Shown here piece after piece: positions 18,173-27,729 of a DNA stretch of 46,131 nt. The notes under the pieces are model-generated. The model was not told the DNA's origin. It ran no database searches and worked only from the letters and a program-made list of their open reading frames with translations. The stretch is from positions 1 to 46,131 of IMG/VR virus record IMGVR_UViG_3300042807_000264; one strand, written 5' to 3'. Every line of letters starts with the position of its first letter. Positions within the stretch are counted from its first letter, which is position 1. Origin of the DNA: a virus (Duplodnaviria > Caudoviricetes). The position numbers and the translations under genes were made by a program.

Positions 18173-20977
18173 TTACTGCGCTGCGCCCAGTGTATTCTGG
18201 ATGCGAATTGGAATGTAAATAAACTCAACTGCTTTGACTGGCTGAATAGCGATGTCAATGTGTAGTTCATTACGATCAATTCTTGCAGGTGTGTTGTTTG
18301 TTGTATCACACACTGTTAAGAAGTCAAACAAACCGCGCTGTGTTACTAACTGACCTAGGAAACGGTCAACTACAACCTTAGCATTCTGACGTGTAATTTC
18401 GTCATTTGGTTCAAACAAGAATGGTTTCATAATATCGTCTAAGCGTTCACGAATGTAAACAACTAGACGTGCTACGTTAACACGATCCAATGCACTTGAA
18501 ACAGGGTTTAGAGTCTTCTGACCAAACACTGCTAGGCCGCGGCCTGGGAAGTTACCAATTGGGTTAATCTTGTTAACATACAAGCTATCACGTTGTCCTT
18601 CGCTTAGTGCAACTGATACATATTCTGCGCTTGCTGCATCTAAGTAACCTACGCTAGTAGCATTGCTTACTAGACCACGTTGGAAGCCAGCTGGTGCAAA
18701 CCATGGGAAGGCAACCTGATCGTTAAATGCTAATGTACGTAGAGCAATATGACTTGCTGGTTGTAGAACATTTGTACCATCAATGTTAGTTGTTAATGCG
18801 TGTGGATAATAAACACCCACGTATGGTGAGCTTGTTACTAAGCCATCTTCACCGTTGCCGTCAGCATTGGCACTGTTAGTAGCCCATGCTTGTGTAGCAC
18901 TTGCACTTGAAGATAAACGTAATGGAGCATCAGCAATGATAAATGCAGTTTCCTTACGATCAACGTTTAAGTTTACTAACTCGTCAATTAATTCAGGATA
19001 ACCTGGGCAAGCGATTAAGTTGAAACGATTTACTTCGTTTCTCGCTTCTTCGCTAGCTGCTACCGCTGCTTGCATTTGACGTACAATTGCTGCACGTTGA
19101 GCTTTACGCAACATATAAGGTGAGCCGTCTGGCTTGTTACCTGAATAGTCAACCCATTTAGGACCAATATCATTACCGCTTACAATGTATACTTCGTTAT
19201 ACTCTTTAACGTTACCGCCACTAGCACGCTTGTTCCATGCCAAGATACCGATTGGATATTGAGACTCAGGTGGGTGACCGCCGTCCATTACAGTCGATAA
19301 TGTGTCTGCACGTGGGCGGAAATCACCGAACACAATACCGTCGCCACTTACTTGATCAGTGTTATCAACGAGAACCCACTCATCATCTGCGCTCCACTTA
19401 TAAATTACAGGGAAGTTTTCTAAATCGCCACCGTCAATCCATAGGTCGCCTGTTGCTAGTGTAGTTGAACCATCGCTTTGCTTAGTTGGTTCAGACGCTG
19501 TTACTTGGATGTCTCCAGTGTATGTAACCCAACCGTCTTCGGAATCATTGATAAGAATGTCAATGTTATCCGCACTGATCACGTTATCATACCATAATGT
19601 ACCGTTAGCGGTTTCACCTACTACTGCGGTAGAACTTGCTTCATAGCTTAGTTCTTCCCAGTTTGTATAGACTTCGTCTGCTGTTAGGTTTAGGTTTGCA
19701 GGACCAAATCCTGCTACGTTACCAGCCTCAAGTAGAATATCTCTGCCTGCGGTATCAACAATACGGATTCTGCCGTTAACGTTGCTTGCAAGTACAGTTG
19801 ATGTAAAGCTAACTGTTGCGTTTGCTAGTGATAATGCGCTGTTGATGTCGGCAACGATATCGTCAACGCTAGCATTGCCGTCACTATCAGCATCGCTCGA
19901 AAGTTCAACATCTACTGCTGTACCTTCGTTAACTGTAATTGAGAACGCTACTGCTCCGCTATGACCGGTTAGATCGGTAGCTGTATCGCTAAGAACTGCA
20001 CTCGATGTAACAGTTAAACTGCTATTACCGTTGTGGCGGCGTAGTATAATTGTTGCATCATCATCGATAAAATCTGCCCATAGATCACCTTCGCTTAGGT
20101 TAGATCCATATGCTGCAAAAGCAGATCTTGATGAAACCCATTGCTCTATTGCTTCTGATGTCCACTGTCCAGTAGATGCATTGTAAACTTTAACTACAAT
20201 GCTTGTACCGTTATTTGGACTATTAACTTGTAGCATTAAGTCACCATCTGCTAGTGATCCACCGCCGCTCTTAGTTGAAGGTAAGCTAGTATGACGTGCT
20301 AATTGGAAGTCTTTACCGCTTGCGCTATCCCAACCTGCTGTGCCAATCTTGTACCATGACCCAGAAACTTTCTGATGTAATGTTATAGTGCTTGCAGTAT
20401 CACCGGTATTTACAAAATATAGTGCTGCAAATTCGCCATCTTTACCATAAGCTGGCTTGATGCTTGTTGGCGAGTCCATGTCGCTAGATGCTGGAACTTT
20501 AACAGTTTGGCGTACCCATGCACTGCCGCTCCAACGCTTCAAACCCCATACAGTGTTAGCTGTGTCTAACCAATATGCACCGCTAGCTGCTTCAGCTGAA
20601 GGAGCAGTTGCTCTTGCTGTTAGCTGATCTAAGTCAATGTTAGCACGTAATACATATGCGCGGTTTGCAATACCTAAGAAGCTATAAGCTGCCATTAGGC
20701 CGTATTCGTTTTGCTCATGACCGTGTAGTGGAGTACCACCGCTGGTCTTGAAAATTGGATTACCAAAATTTGTTAGCAGGTCTCTTTGGCTGGTAATCAA
20801 TTGTACCTTGCCTGCTGTTGCTGCTGTAGTATAAGCTGCTGTACCACTACCATCTGGAGTGCTCTTATCTTGCGCTGTTGCAATTACGATAAGAGGAACA
20901 GTTCCGGTACCGGCAGGAGCATAAAAGCTCTCGTCGGTAACGCTTACACTTACACCAGGTGAAACTAATGTTGCCAT
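18173..20977 (-). CDS. gp18: Contractile tail sheath protein, T4 gp18-like, with large insertions
   Basis: LVSPGVSV N-terminus, PWFAPAG..RG, INPI, FGQKTL, LDRVNVARL, FEPND, VCD.TNNTP..IDRNEL, EFIYI. Confidence 0.95.
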   Translation of the reverse strand: MATLVSPGVSVSVTDESFYAPAGTGTVPLIVIATAQDKSTPDGSGTAAYTTAATAGKVQLITSQRDLLTNFGNPIFKTSGGTPLHGHEQNEYGLMAAYSFLGIANRAYVLRANIDLDQLTARATAPSAEAASGAYWLDTANTVWGLKRWSGSAWVRQTVKVPASSDMDSPTSIKPAYGKDGEFAALYFVNTGDTASTITLHQKVSGSWYKIGTAGWDSASGKDFQLARHTSLPSTKSGGGSLADGDLMLQVNSPNNGTSIVVKVYNASTGQWTSEAIEQWVSSRSAFAAYGSNLSEGDLWADFIDDDATIILRRHNGNSSLTVTSSAVLSDTATDLTGHSGAVAFSITVNEGTAVDVELSSDADSDGNASVDDIVADINSALSLANATVSFTSTVLASNVNGRIRIVDTAGRDILLEAGNVAGFGPANLNLTADEVYTNWEELSYEASSTAVVGETANGTLWYDNVISADNIDILINDSEDGWVTYTGDIQVTASEPTKQSDGSTTLATGDLWIDGGDLENFPVIYKWSADDEWVLVDNTDQVSGDGIVFGDFRPRADTLSTVMDGGHPPESQYPIGILAWNKRASGGNVKEYNEVYIVSGNDIGPKWVDYSGNKPDGSPYMLRKAQRAAIVRQMQAAVAASEEARNEVNRFNLIACPGYPELIDELVNLNVDRKETAFIIADAPLRLSSSASATQAWATNSANADGNGEDGLVTSSPYVGVYYPHALTTNIDGTNVLQPASHIALRTLAFNDQVAFPWFAPAGFQRGLVSNATSVGYLDAASAEYVSVALSEGQRDSLYVNKINPIGNFPGRGLAVFGQKTLNPVSSALDRVNVARLVVYIRERLDDIMKPFLFEPNDEITRQNAKVVVDRFLGQLVTQRGLFDFLTVCDTTNNTPARIDRNELHIDIAIQPVKAVEFIYIPIRIQNTLGAAQ

Positions 20978-21096
20978 GTTATTCTCCCGTTAATAGGTTA
21001 ATGTGTTTCCTATGCAAGTATTTATGCGAAAATGGAGAAAACCGGTATTATTTGACTACCGGGTGCAACAGAATGAAAGGTTTTTGCTAAATAGCC

Positions 21097-21753
21097 TCAG
21101 ACTGCAACTAGGCGAGGTTTTTTAATATCTAAGTTAATTTCAAGTACACGGTCACGTAGATCTTCAATCGTACCAGTGTTGAAAATGGTGTAGTCAGGTT
21201 TGAAGCCTACCCAGTTCCATTCACTTTCATGTATATCCCTGTAACGTGTCTGCATAATTTTGCGGCTTACTGCATTACCAGTATGTGCGCTGGCTGCGAT
21301 GTCGTACCATTCGGGTAGTTCGCCTCTGCGAACCCACACAATCTTGCCGCCCATTTCTGTAATTAGTTCGAGTTCGTTTTTAAAACGAGCATCACTGATG
21401 ACAATACATTCACGGTTAAGAGTATTTTTTCTAATGCGATATTCTAAGCTATTTAACCAAATATCTTGAGAGAACTGATTGCGTAGAACATCTGTACCTA
21501 AAAGTTGAAGTGCTAGACGCGGAGTAAAATGATCAATGCCTAGCTTACGAGTCCAAAACATATCAGGAGTTTCACGGAATTCACGGCTTTCAATTGTGTC
21601 GCCTTCTAATAGTTCTCTTGACCATCCAAATACTGCGGCACACATATCTTTTAGTGGGGCGGCGAAACTGTCTTTTTTACAACCAAGTTTTACAAATTCT
21701 TGTGCAGCCGTATCTTTACCGCTACCGATAAAACCAATTAGACCAATAATCAT
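21097..21753 (-). CDS. gp1: Deoxynucleoside monophosphate kinase, T4 gp1-like
   Basis: IIGLIGFIGSGKDT, FAAPLK, PRLALQLLGTD, ISDARF.NE, HESE. Confidence 0.93.
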   Translation of the reverse strand: MIIGLIGFIGSGKDTAAQEFVKLGCKKDSFAAPLKDMCAAVFGWSRELLEGDTIESREFRETPDMFWTRKLGIDHFTPRLALQLLGTDVLRNQFSQDIWLNSLEYRIRKNTLNRECIVISDARFKNELELITEMGGKIVWVRRGELPEWYDIAASAHTGNAVSRKIMQTRYRDIHESEWNWVGFKPDYTIFNTGTIEDLRDRVLEINLDIKKPRLVAV

Positions 21754-21755
21754 TC

Positions 21756-22517
21756 TTAACCTATGATAAAACCAAGCGGACTATTACCTTCTTCCATATT
21801 ATGGAGTTCTTGCTTTAGCTGCTCTTGCATTTGCTGTGATTCTTGTTTTAGTTCTGCGCCGTTAAGCTGAATTGCGCCGCCTGCGCCGGGTAAGCCACTA
21901 GTATACTTGCTGCGAGCTTCACCTAGGTAATGCTTACACATTGCTAGCGCATAACTAGCCAGCCACGGACTTGCATATACATCTTTAAGTAAAATAGCTT
22001 CTGGAATGAAGTTATATACACCTATCATTACTTCTTCTTCGTGCTGTACGTTACGAAGTAATTTTAGTTTCTTGGTGTTGCGGTTCCAGAGGAAATTGTA
22101 TTCGCTACCAAACACACGCCCAATTGTTTCTTTGTACTGTGCAAACGCATCAAATACAGCAAGGCCGCCAATCTGGCCTGCTTGTAGCATATACATGTTG
22201 TTAAATGCTACATCAAATGGGTCAAAGTTAGTGCCGCCGCCGCTGTTAGTACCAATGCCTCTGCGATACAGTCTGCGAACTTCTTGTACTTCGTCTGGGA
22301 GAGTATATTCTGTTACGTCTTTTTGTGTTTGAATAAAGATGAGACTTTCTTCAACTGACCCTGAACTTAACTGACGATACTTAGCAAGAGCATTATCGAT
22401 TGCTACATCGTAGTGATCACGGTCTAATTCAACGTCTACAATACCGTCTGCGAGGCGCAATTGTAGTTCACGAATTAGATCCTGTCGACTGTTATATCCT
22501 ATTTGATTTGCTGGCAT
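21756..22517 (-). CDS. gp13: Neck protein, T4 gp13-like
   Basis: L..G.VDVELD, LGEARSKY...LPG..G.IQLNG, C-terminal PLGFIIG. Confidence 0.85.
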   Translation of the reverse strand: MPANQIGYNSRQDLIRELQLRLADGIVDVELDRDHYDVAIDNALAKYRQLSSGSVEESLIFIQTQKDVTEYTLPDEVQEVRRLYRRGIGTNSGGGTNFDPFDVAFNNMYMLQAGQIGGLAVFDAFAQYKETIGRVFGSEYNFLWNRNTKKLKLLRNVQHEEEVMIGVYNFIPEAILLKDVYASPWLASYALAMCKHYLGEARSKYTSGLPGAGGAIQLNGAELKQESQQMQEQLKQELHNMEEGNSPLGFIIG

Positions 22518-22533
22518 GATACTATTTATCTTT

Positions 22534-23697
22534 TTAGAAAGTACTAATCAGGATAATATGTTCGTTTAGACGGCCATTCATAGATGTTTCTGTAGCGCGG
22601 ATTTCATCAAACTGTTTCTGCATTTTAGTTCTAGGTAGTTTGCCTGCGCCTTTGAGCAGTTCTGGTTTACGCACAGTCTTACACACACTCTTTTTAGGGT
22701 CGAATCCGATGATACTGGTACCCTTAATACTTAGTACTTGCCCCATCGAATCTGCTACATAACAACCTAGTTTACGGTTTTTTGTATTATATACCCATAG
22801 CACGTTAGAGTCAATAATGCTAAGTGGGTTAATACTTGCTAGACCAATGCTAGGATCACTTTCCTTATATTTGATCTTAGCAATTAGCTTCTCCTTGCTA
22901 GGTGCTTTTTTAACTCTAGTCTTGCGTACTGCCTTACCAGTGTTAATGTAGGTATCGCAGGCTGTCATGATCTTTTCAAAAAACGCAAGAAAGTCTTTAC
23001 GCATTTTAGCAGTCATGTAAGCATAGCCTTCCTTTAGTTGCTCGTCTTTCCAAACAACTACTTCTTTAGCTTCTTCGTACTGCCCAGTATACATATCTTT
23101 AATGATCTTAGCGTGAGCAGCCTTAATCACACCACTATTGTATACTTGCATTTGAGCGTGTGGATCAAACTTAGAGAGGTCAAAGTCTTTACCAAAACAA
23201 AGTTGGTCAACATACTCGTCCCACTGACCGCAAAGATCAGAGACCTGCTCTCGCATTCGTGTTTGAATCGAAATAACCGGGCCGACTACCTTTTGCTTAG
23301 TCTCAGCTGATTTAACTTTAGTTAATGCTTCTGCCTTTATAAGAAGCTCGTTATATTTCTTTTCTAGGTGAGCAATTGTGTCATCATCGAGTTCAGCGCC
23401 CTTAAGCGCAAGGTAAGCATACTTACCTGCGCTCATAAATTCGTATTCGGGTAATATTTTAAGAATCGCCGATTTCTTTTTATCGAAGCGTTCGCAATAT
23501 TTGATAAAACTAGCGTGCAATGTTTTGGACGGCACTTCGTAGTGAACATAATACATAGCAGATTGAAACAATCGCTTGTAATCCATTAGTACACCACTAG
23601 AGTTCTTAAAAGGTTTAATATCCTTCTTTACAAGTCCCCATTCAGGGATACTCATTCCGTTTATTGAAAGATTGCGTTTTGGCTTAGTTTTTGCCAC
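22534..23697 (-). CDS. Basic hypothetical protein with its own early-type promoter
   Basis: 387-aa Lys-rich ORF, GTG start with AGGAG Shine-Dalgarno; C-terminal motifs WVYNTKNRKL and NGRLNEH. Confidence 0.75.
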   Translation of the reverse strand: MAKTKPKRNLSINGMSIPEWGLVKKDIKPFKNSSGVLMDYKRLFQSAMYYVHYEVPSKTLHASFIKYCERFDKKKSAILKILPEYEFMSAGKYAYLALKGAELDDDTIAHLEKKYNELLIKAEALTKVKSAETKQKVVGPVISIQTRMREQVSDLCGQWDEYVDQLCFGKDFDLSKFDPHAQMQVYNSGVIKAAHAKIIKDMYTGQYEEAKEVVVWKDEQLKEGYAYMTAKMRKDFLAFFEKIMTACDTYINTGKAVRKTRVKKAPSKEKLIAKIKYKESDPSIGLASINPLSIIDSNVLWVYNTKNRKLGCYVADSMGQVLSIKGTSIIGFDPKKSVCKTVRKPELLKGAGKLPRTKMQKQFDEIRATETSMNGRLNEHIILISTF

Positions 23698-23725
23698 ACT
23701 TATCTCCTATGCTCCATTAGTTAAT

Positions 23726-23753
23726 AGTATAGCATCAGCACATGATTTGTCAA
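23726..23753 (-). promoter_or_regulatory. Host-RNAP (early) promoter
   Basis: Minus strand CGG-TTGACA-N16-TATACT, with TGC before the -10. Confidence 0.75.
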
Positions 23754-23761
23754 CCGAGTTA

Positions 23762-24718
23762 TTACTTCCCAATACTAAACTTCTTTTTAGCGTTAAATTC
23801 TAATTTGTTATCAACGATATTTTTCCAAACTGCAATAGTAAGATCCAAGCCTTCATCGAGGTCAACTTTTGGATACCAACCCAAACGAGTAGTAATCTTA
23901 TTGTTAGTGCTGTTAAGCAAATAAATCTCGCCCGGGCGTTTTGGCTTTGTATTCCAGTTTACATGGCCGTCCCAACCAATCTTATCAGCAATGAGTTGCA
24001 CATAGTCCTTAATCTTAATGGCATTGTTAGGGCCTATGCAAAAAATTTCACCCGCACATTTATCCGGATTTTCAATAACTGTTTCCCATGCATCTAGTAA
24101 GTCGTCAATGTATATAAAGTTACGATAAGGTTCGCCGTAACCTAAGTTAATTTCTTTAGGATTAGTCAGCATTTGATAAATGATCTGCTCAGTAACAAAG
24201 AAGTTATTGTCTTTACGACCGTATGCGTTAGTTTGACGGATAGCAGTAAATGGTAAACCATAACTACGGTGTGCATACTCTAGATACTTTTCACATGCAT
24301 ACTTAGCTACTGCATATGGAGCATTAGGATTAGGCGGTGTGCTTTCATCAAAAGCAAAAATACCTTTTTCCTTACCGTCGCGAATCAAGTCACTGATAGG
24401 TTGCCAGCCGTATACTTCCATGGTACTAGCAAACACGAAGTTCTTAAGATTAGGCAGGTCTTTAGCAATCTCAATTAGATTTACTGTACCGGTATAGTTA
24501 ATATCACTAAATGTGATCTGCTCATAGAAACTCTTTTCAACTTCAGTTCGAGCAGCAAGGTGTACAATGATCTCTGGATTAAACTGTCGGATTTGAAATC
24601 CTACTTTATCGTGATCTCGTAAATCATGCTGTAGAAATTCAAGCTCGTGTTTACCTTGTAAACGCTGTACCATATGTTGGCCAATGAAGCCGTCGTGTCC
24701 TGTAATAAAAATTTTCAT
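23762..24718 (-). CDS. NAD-dependent nucleotide-sugar epimerase/dehydratase (extended SDR)
   Basis: TGHDGFIG Rossmann motif, HLAA, ASTMEVYG, catalytic YAVAK, RNFIYIDD, RPGE. Confidence 0.9.
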   Translation of the reverse strand: MKIFITGHDGFIGQHMVQRLQGKHELEFLQHDLRDHDKVGFQIRQFNPEIIVHLAARTEVEKSFYEQITFSDINYTGTVNLIEIAKDLPNLKNFVFASTMEVYGWQPISDLIRDGKEKGIFAFDESTPPNPNAPYAVAKYACEKYLEYAHRSYGLPFTAIRQTNAYGRKDNNFFVTEQIIYQMLTNPKEINLGYGEPYRNFIYIDDLLDAWETVIENPDKCAGEIFCIGPNNAIKIKDYVQLIADKIGWDGHVNWNTKPKRPGEIYLLNSTNNKITTRLGWYPKVDLDEGLDLTIAVWKNIVDNKLEFNAKKKFSIGK

Positions 24719-25257
24719 ATAAACATGTCCTTGTGTGTAAAGCCGGTAAGTTGCATAGTGTATCTGTTCAAATAACCTAAATTAGCAACACTGTGTAATT
24801 TATCAGGTGTGATAACTACATAGTCTCCTTTTTTGTATTTATTTAGATAAGTACTATCCATTTCGAACATATGGCCGATTTCTTTATCTTGTAAAAAAAG
24901 ATTTATGCGTACGAGCTTAAGAGCCGATACATCTGTTTGTTCATTGTCTGCTTTTTTCTTAATTCTATACATAGTATCTTTGTGTGGCGGTATGAAACAT
25001 CCGGGAGTAAGTTTATTAATTGTAACCATACTATGCATCAACCAATTAAACTGTTGTTTAATATCGTGTGCCCATTTAGGACAACCTGAATCAAATGTTT
25101 GATGTACTACGTCAGAATGTAATGGAAAGTCAGGAGTAAGTGTATCTAATGTTTTCCAAAAGCCGCCTGCTTCTCGTGTTTCAGTATGCTCAGTAAAAAC
25201 AGTAGACTCTAATAACAAGTAGTCGATATGATCGATGTTAATGTGTCCTGCAATCAT
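24715..25257 (-). CDS. Cupin / 2OG-Fe(II) dioxygenase-like protein
   Basis: PG..IPPHKD...LHSVANLG...RYTMQLTG: HxD...H facial triad plus a distal Arg. Confidence 0.75.
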   Translation of the reverse strand: MIAGHINIDHIDYLLLESTVFTEHTETREAGGFWKTLDTLTPDFPLHSDVVHQTFDSGCPKWAHDIKQQFNWLMHSMVTINKLTPGCFIPPHKDTMYRIKKKADNEQTDVSALKLVRINLFLQDKEIGHMFEMDSTYLNKYKKGDYVVITPDKLHSVANLGYLNRYTMQLTGFTHKDMFI

Positions 25258-25751
25258 AATCTAACTGTTACCTGCATAGAATAAAAAGGCTTGTCGCCCA
25301 TGTTGCCGGCAAGATGCCAATCGTCCTGTTCAAACTTAGTCCAATCACCTGCACGCCATTTTACGTATGGCTGATTATGTATTTCATAGTAATGACCCAT
25401 CTTCCAATCTTCTAACATTATTAGATAACGAGCAGTTTTACCTTTACCATATTTTTCTTGCACTTTAAAATGTGCGTCAATGTGATTAGGTATTATATTG
25501 CCTGGATCTATTCTAATAATACTTACTACAAAGTTGACATTTTCATTAACACTGTTTAACAACCTTTTAGCTGTGTCCCGTACCCATTGCGGACATGCAT
25601 CGTCAAACATTTGCCAGATACTGCTATTATGTTTATTATAATACTGGTTTAGACATTCATACTGACGGTAACACTCGTGCAAGTCATCAAAGTTTAATTG
25701 GTCTAACTGTGCAGAGTGTACGTCAATGTCTAAATATCCGTATTTAATCAC
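25254..25751 (-). CDS. Cupin / Fe(II) dioxygenase-like protein (paralog of 24715-25257)
   Basis: PG..IPNHID...WHLAGNMG...FYSMQVT. Confidence 0.75.
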   Translation of the reverse strand: MIKYGYLDIDVHSAQLDQLNFDDLHECYRQYECLNQYYNKHNSSIWQMFDDACPQWVRDTAKRLLNSVNENVNFVVSIIRIDPGNIIPNHIDAHFKVQEKYGKGKTARYLIMLEDWKMGHYYEIHNQPYVKWRAGDWTKFEQDDWHLAGNMGDKPFYSMQVTVRL

Positions 25752-26802
25752 AATAACTCTCTAGTGTTCCTTTGCGGCGTAAATCAAGTGTAGCGCAGTG
25801 AATGCCGCCGCTTAGTGTCATACTATGACGGAAGCGAACTGGTACGCTGTCGATGCCACACTTGTCTAGTTCACGCATAAGTGGTTCTTGTGCGCTATCA
25901 CAAATAATTGTGTTTTCGTTAACGCTGAGAATGTTCATACCAATGTATGGACTGCATGGTGCAATGTATCCTTGGTCAGCAAGTTTGCTGCCTTGTACAA
26001 CACAATCACTAAACCAAATCTTATCCCACTTCTTAAAGATTTCAGGGCAGTTGTCAGGTGTTACTCGTGTACTGTTTAGCAGTACTAGGCCGGGCCGTAG
26101 AGGAATAATAGTGCTGTCAAAGTGTGCAAAGCTATATAGTTCGCTGTAGTGTAGCTTATAACCCATTGGTTCTAAGAAACGCTTGAGCCACTTAAAGCCC
26201 TTCATGTTGCCACTATTACTAACTTGATAAAGTAAGTCGCGGCCGACACGAACAATATTAGGAGCATCAAAACAAATTTCATGATCCATCAGTGTTGCTT
26301 TCTTAAGATCATCAAACTGATACATATTATCGTGTAACTTTGGCTTAGGTACTTGAACCCACATTGCCCCATCTTCAAATGCTTCATACAAAATATCTTC
26401 GTACAATCTTGTTTCAAAGTATCTAGCACGTACAGGTGTAGGTGTTTCAATCAACATGTCGCCTAGCGGTAAAATTAAATCGCGTGGGCACCAGCTATAC
26501 CAGCCTTTGGTGTTCCAGCCTTGGCCAATATCGTAGTTAACCTTATCCCAGTCAATAATTTTAGGGCGGTGTACCTTTACGCCCATTTTAGTAAGTGTGT
26601 CTGCTAGTCCATCAGCATCTTCATTTGCTTCGTCAATTACCCACTGAGGGTAGGTGCCTTCTAAATGTTTAATTTTTTCAGCTGGATGATTTGCATAGCT
26701 AAAGCTGTGTGCGCTAATATCTGTAGCGATGCGGCTGTGGTGTGCATGACCTACAATAATTTCTTCTAGTTGGTCCCAGTCGTTGTGTGAATTTACAATC
26801 AT
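25744..26802 (-). CDS. Amidinotransferase (glycine / inosamine-phosphate amidinotransferase family)
   Basis: VNSHNDWDQLEEIIVG, CPRD, R.FE, FDAPN, SNSGN, HFD and GGIHCATLD.RR give the Asp-His-Cys triad of the AGAT/StrB1 family. Confidence 0.9.
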   Translation of the reverse strand: MIVNSHNDWDQLEEIIVGHAHHSRIATDISAHSFSYANHPAEKIKHLEGTYPQWVIDEANEDADGLADTLTKMGVKVHRPKIIDWDKVNYDIGQGWNTKGWYSWCPRDLILPLGDMLIETPTPVRARYFETRLYEDILYEAFEDGAMWVQVPKPKLHDNMYQFDDLKKATLMDHEICFDAPNIVRVGRDLLYQVSNSGNMKGFKWLKRFLEPMGYKLHYSELYSFAHFDSTIIPLRPGLVLLNSTRVTPDNCPEIFKKWDKIWFSDCVVQGSKLADQGYIAPCSPYIGMNILSVNENTIICDSAQEPLMRELDKCGIDSVPVRFRHSMTLSGGIHCATLDLRRKGTLESYCD

Positions 26803-26804
26803 TT

Positions 26805-27674
26805 TTATTTGTCCTCAAGGTATTCGGAAATGCATACTCTGTAGTTTCCAGGTACGCCTCTGTTGAAATGTTTATATCTAGCTTCATCACCTAAACCAAA
26901 TATTACAGTATCAGTGTAAATGAAGCCAAATTCTTTACATACATCGTAGTAACGTTGTTCGTATGTTTCCCAGTTCCAATCTGGGTTGAAACTTTTCATA
27001 AAGTGAACGCCTAAGCTCATACTGTGCTTATTTTGCATTTCAACTTCGTTTAACATACTTATACCGTCATCAGCATAGGTTCTAGTAAACCTGATTCCTA
27101 CTCTGTGATTTTCTAAAGCATAAAATGGCTTACTTAAACTACAAGTAATTTCTCGAATAGCAGGATAATTTAAATCAAGATTTACTTTTTTAGAAATCCC
27201 CCAGTATGCTAAATCCACACAAACTGGAATATCGTTAACTTCGCAAATATTTAAAATATCATAAAACTCAGGATGCATACATCCAAAGTCACTAAAGGGG
27301 GCGCTAATCAAAAGCGCATGTAAGCCTTTACCTTGTATGTTACTAATCAAATCAGCGTAGTTAGTTACGTATGAAAAATTGATGTGTTTGCCCAAACAAG
27401 CATGATATTGAAAATCACCGCGGAGGCAAAATATATGTTTATCGGCAGCATGTTTTAAAATAAAATGGTCAAACGTTTGACTTGTACCTTGAGTATAATC
27501 CGCAAACTCAAACTGATCTAACCCGTTTATTAACTTCGTATCAGAATATTCGAGCCAATTTCTCCACACTGTCTCATATTCTTTTAATGAAACATCCTTA
27601 TAAACGTGGTTTGCATAATGTTGCTTTACGGCTAGGTTTTTAATAGGTCTAGCTCCGCGGACGGCTTTATTCAT
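26805..27674 (-). CDS. PLP-dependent fold-type I enzyme (aminotransferase class I/II-like, short)
   Basis: G.SQ.F, VCVDLAY, SLSK (PLP lysine), RVG. Start moved to ATG 27674 (AATAAATA-N5-ATG), which removes the overlap with the divergent gene. Confidence 0.75.
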   Translation of the reverse strand: MNKAVRGARPIKNLAVKQHYANHVYKDVSLKEYETVWRNWLEYSDTKLINGLDQFEFADYTQGTSQTFDHFILKHAADKHIFCLRGDFQYHACLGKHINFSYVTNYADLISNIQGKGLHALLISAPFSDFGCMHPEFYDILNICEVNDIPVCVDLAYWGISKKVNLDLNYPAIREITCSLSKPFYALENHRVGIRFTRTYADDGISMLNEVEMQNKHSMSLGVHFMKSFNPDWNWETYEQRYYDVCKEFGFIYTDTVIFGLGDEARYKHFNRGVPGNYRVCISEYLEDK

Positions 27675-27729
27675 AGCGATATTTATTGAAATCGCATACC
27701 GAGTATTTTTAATATTGATAAGTATACAA

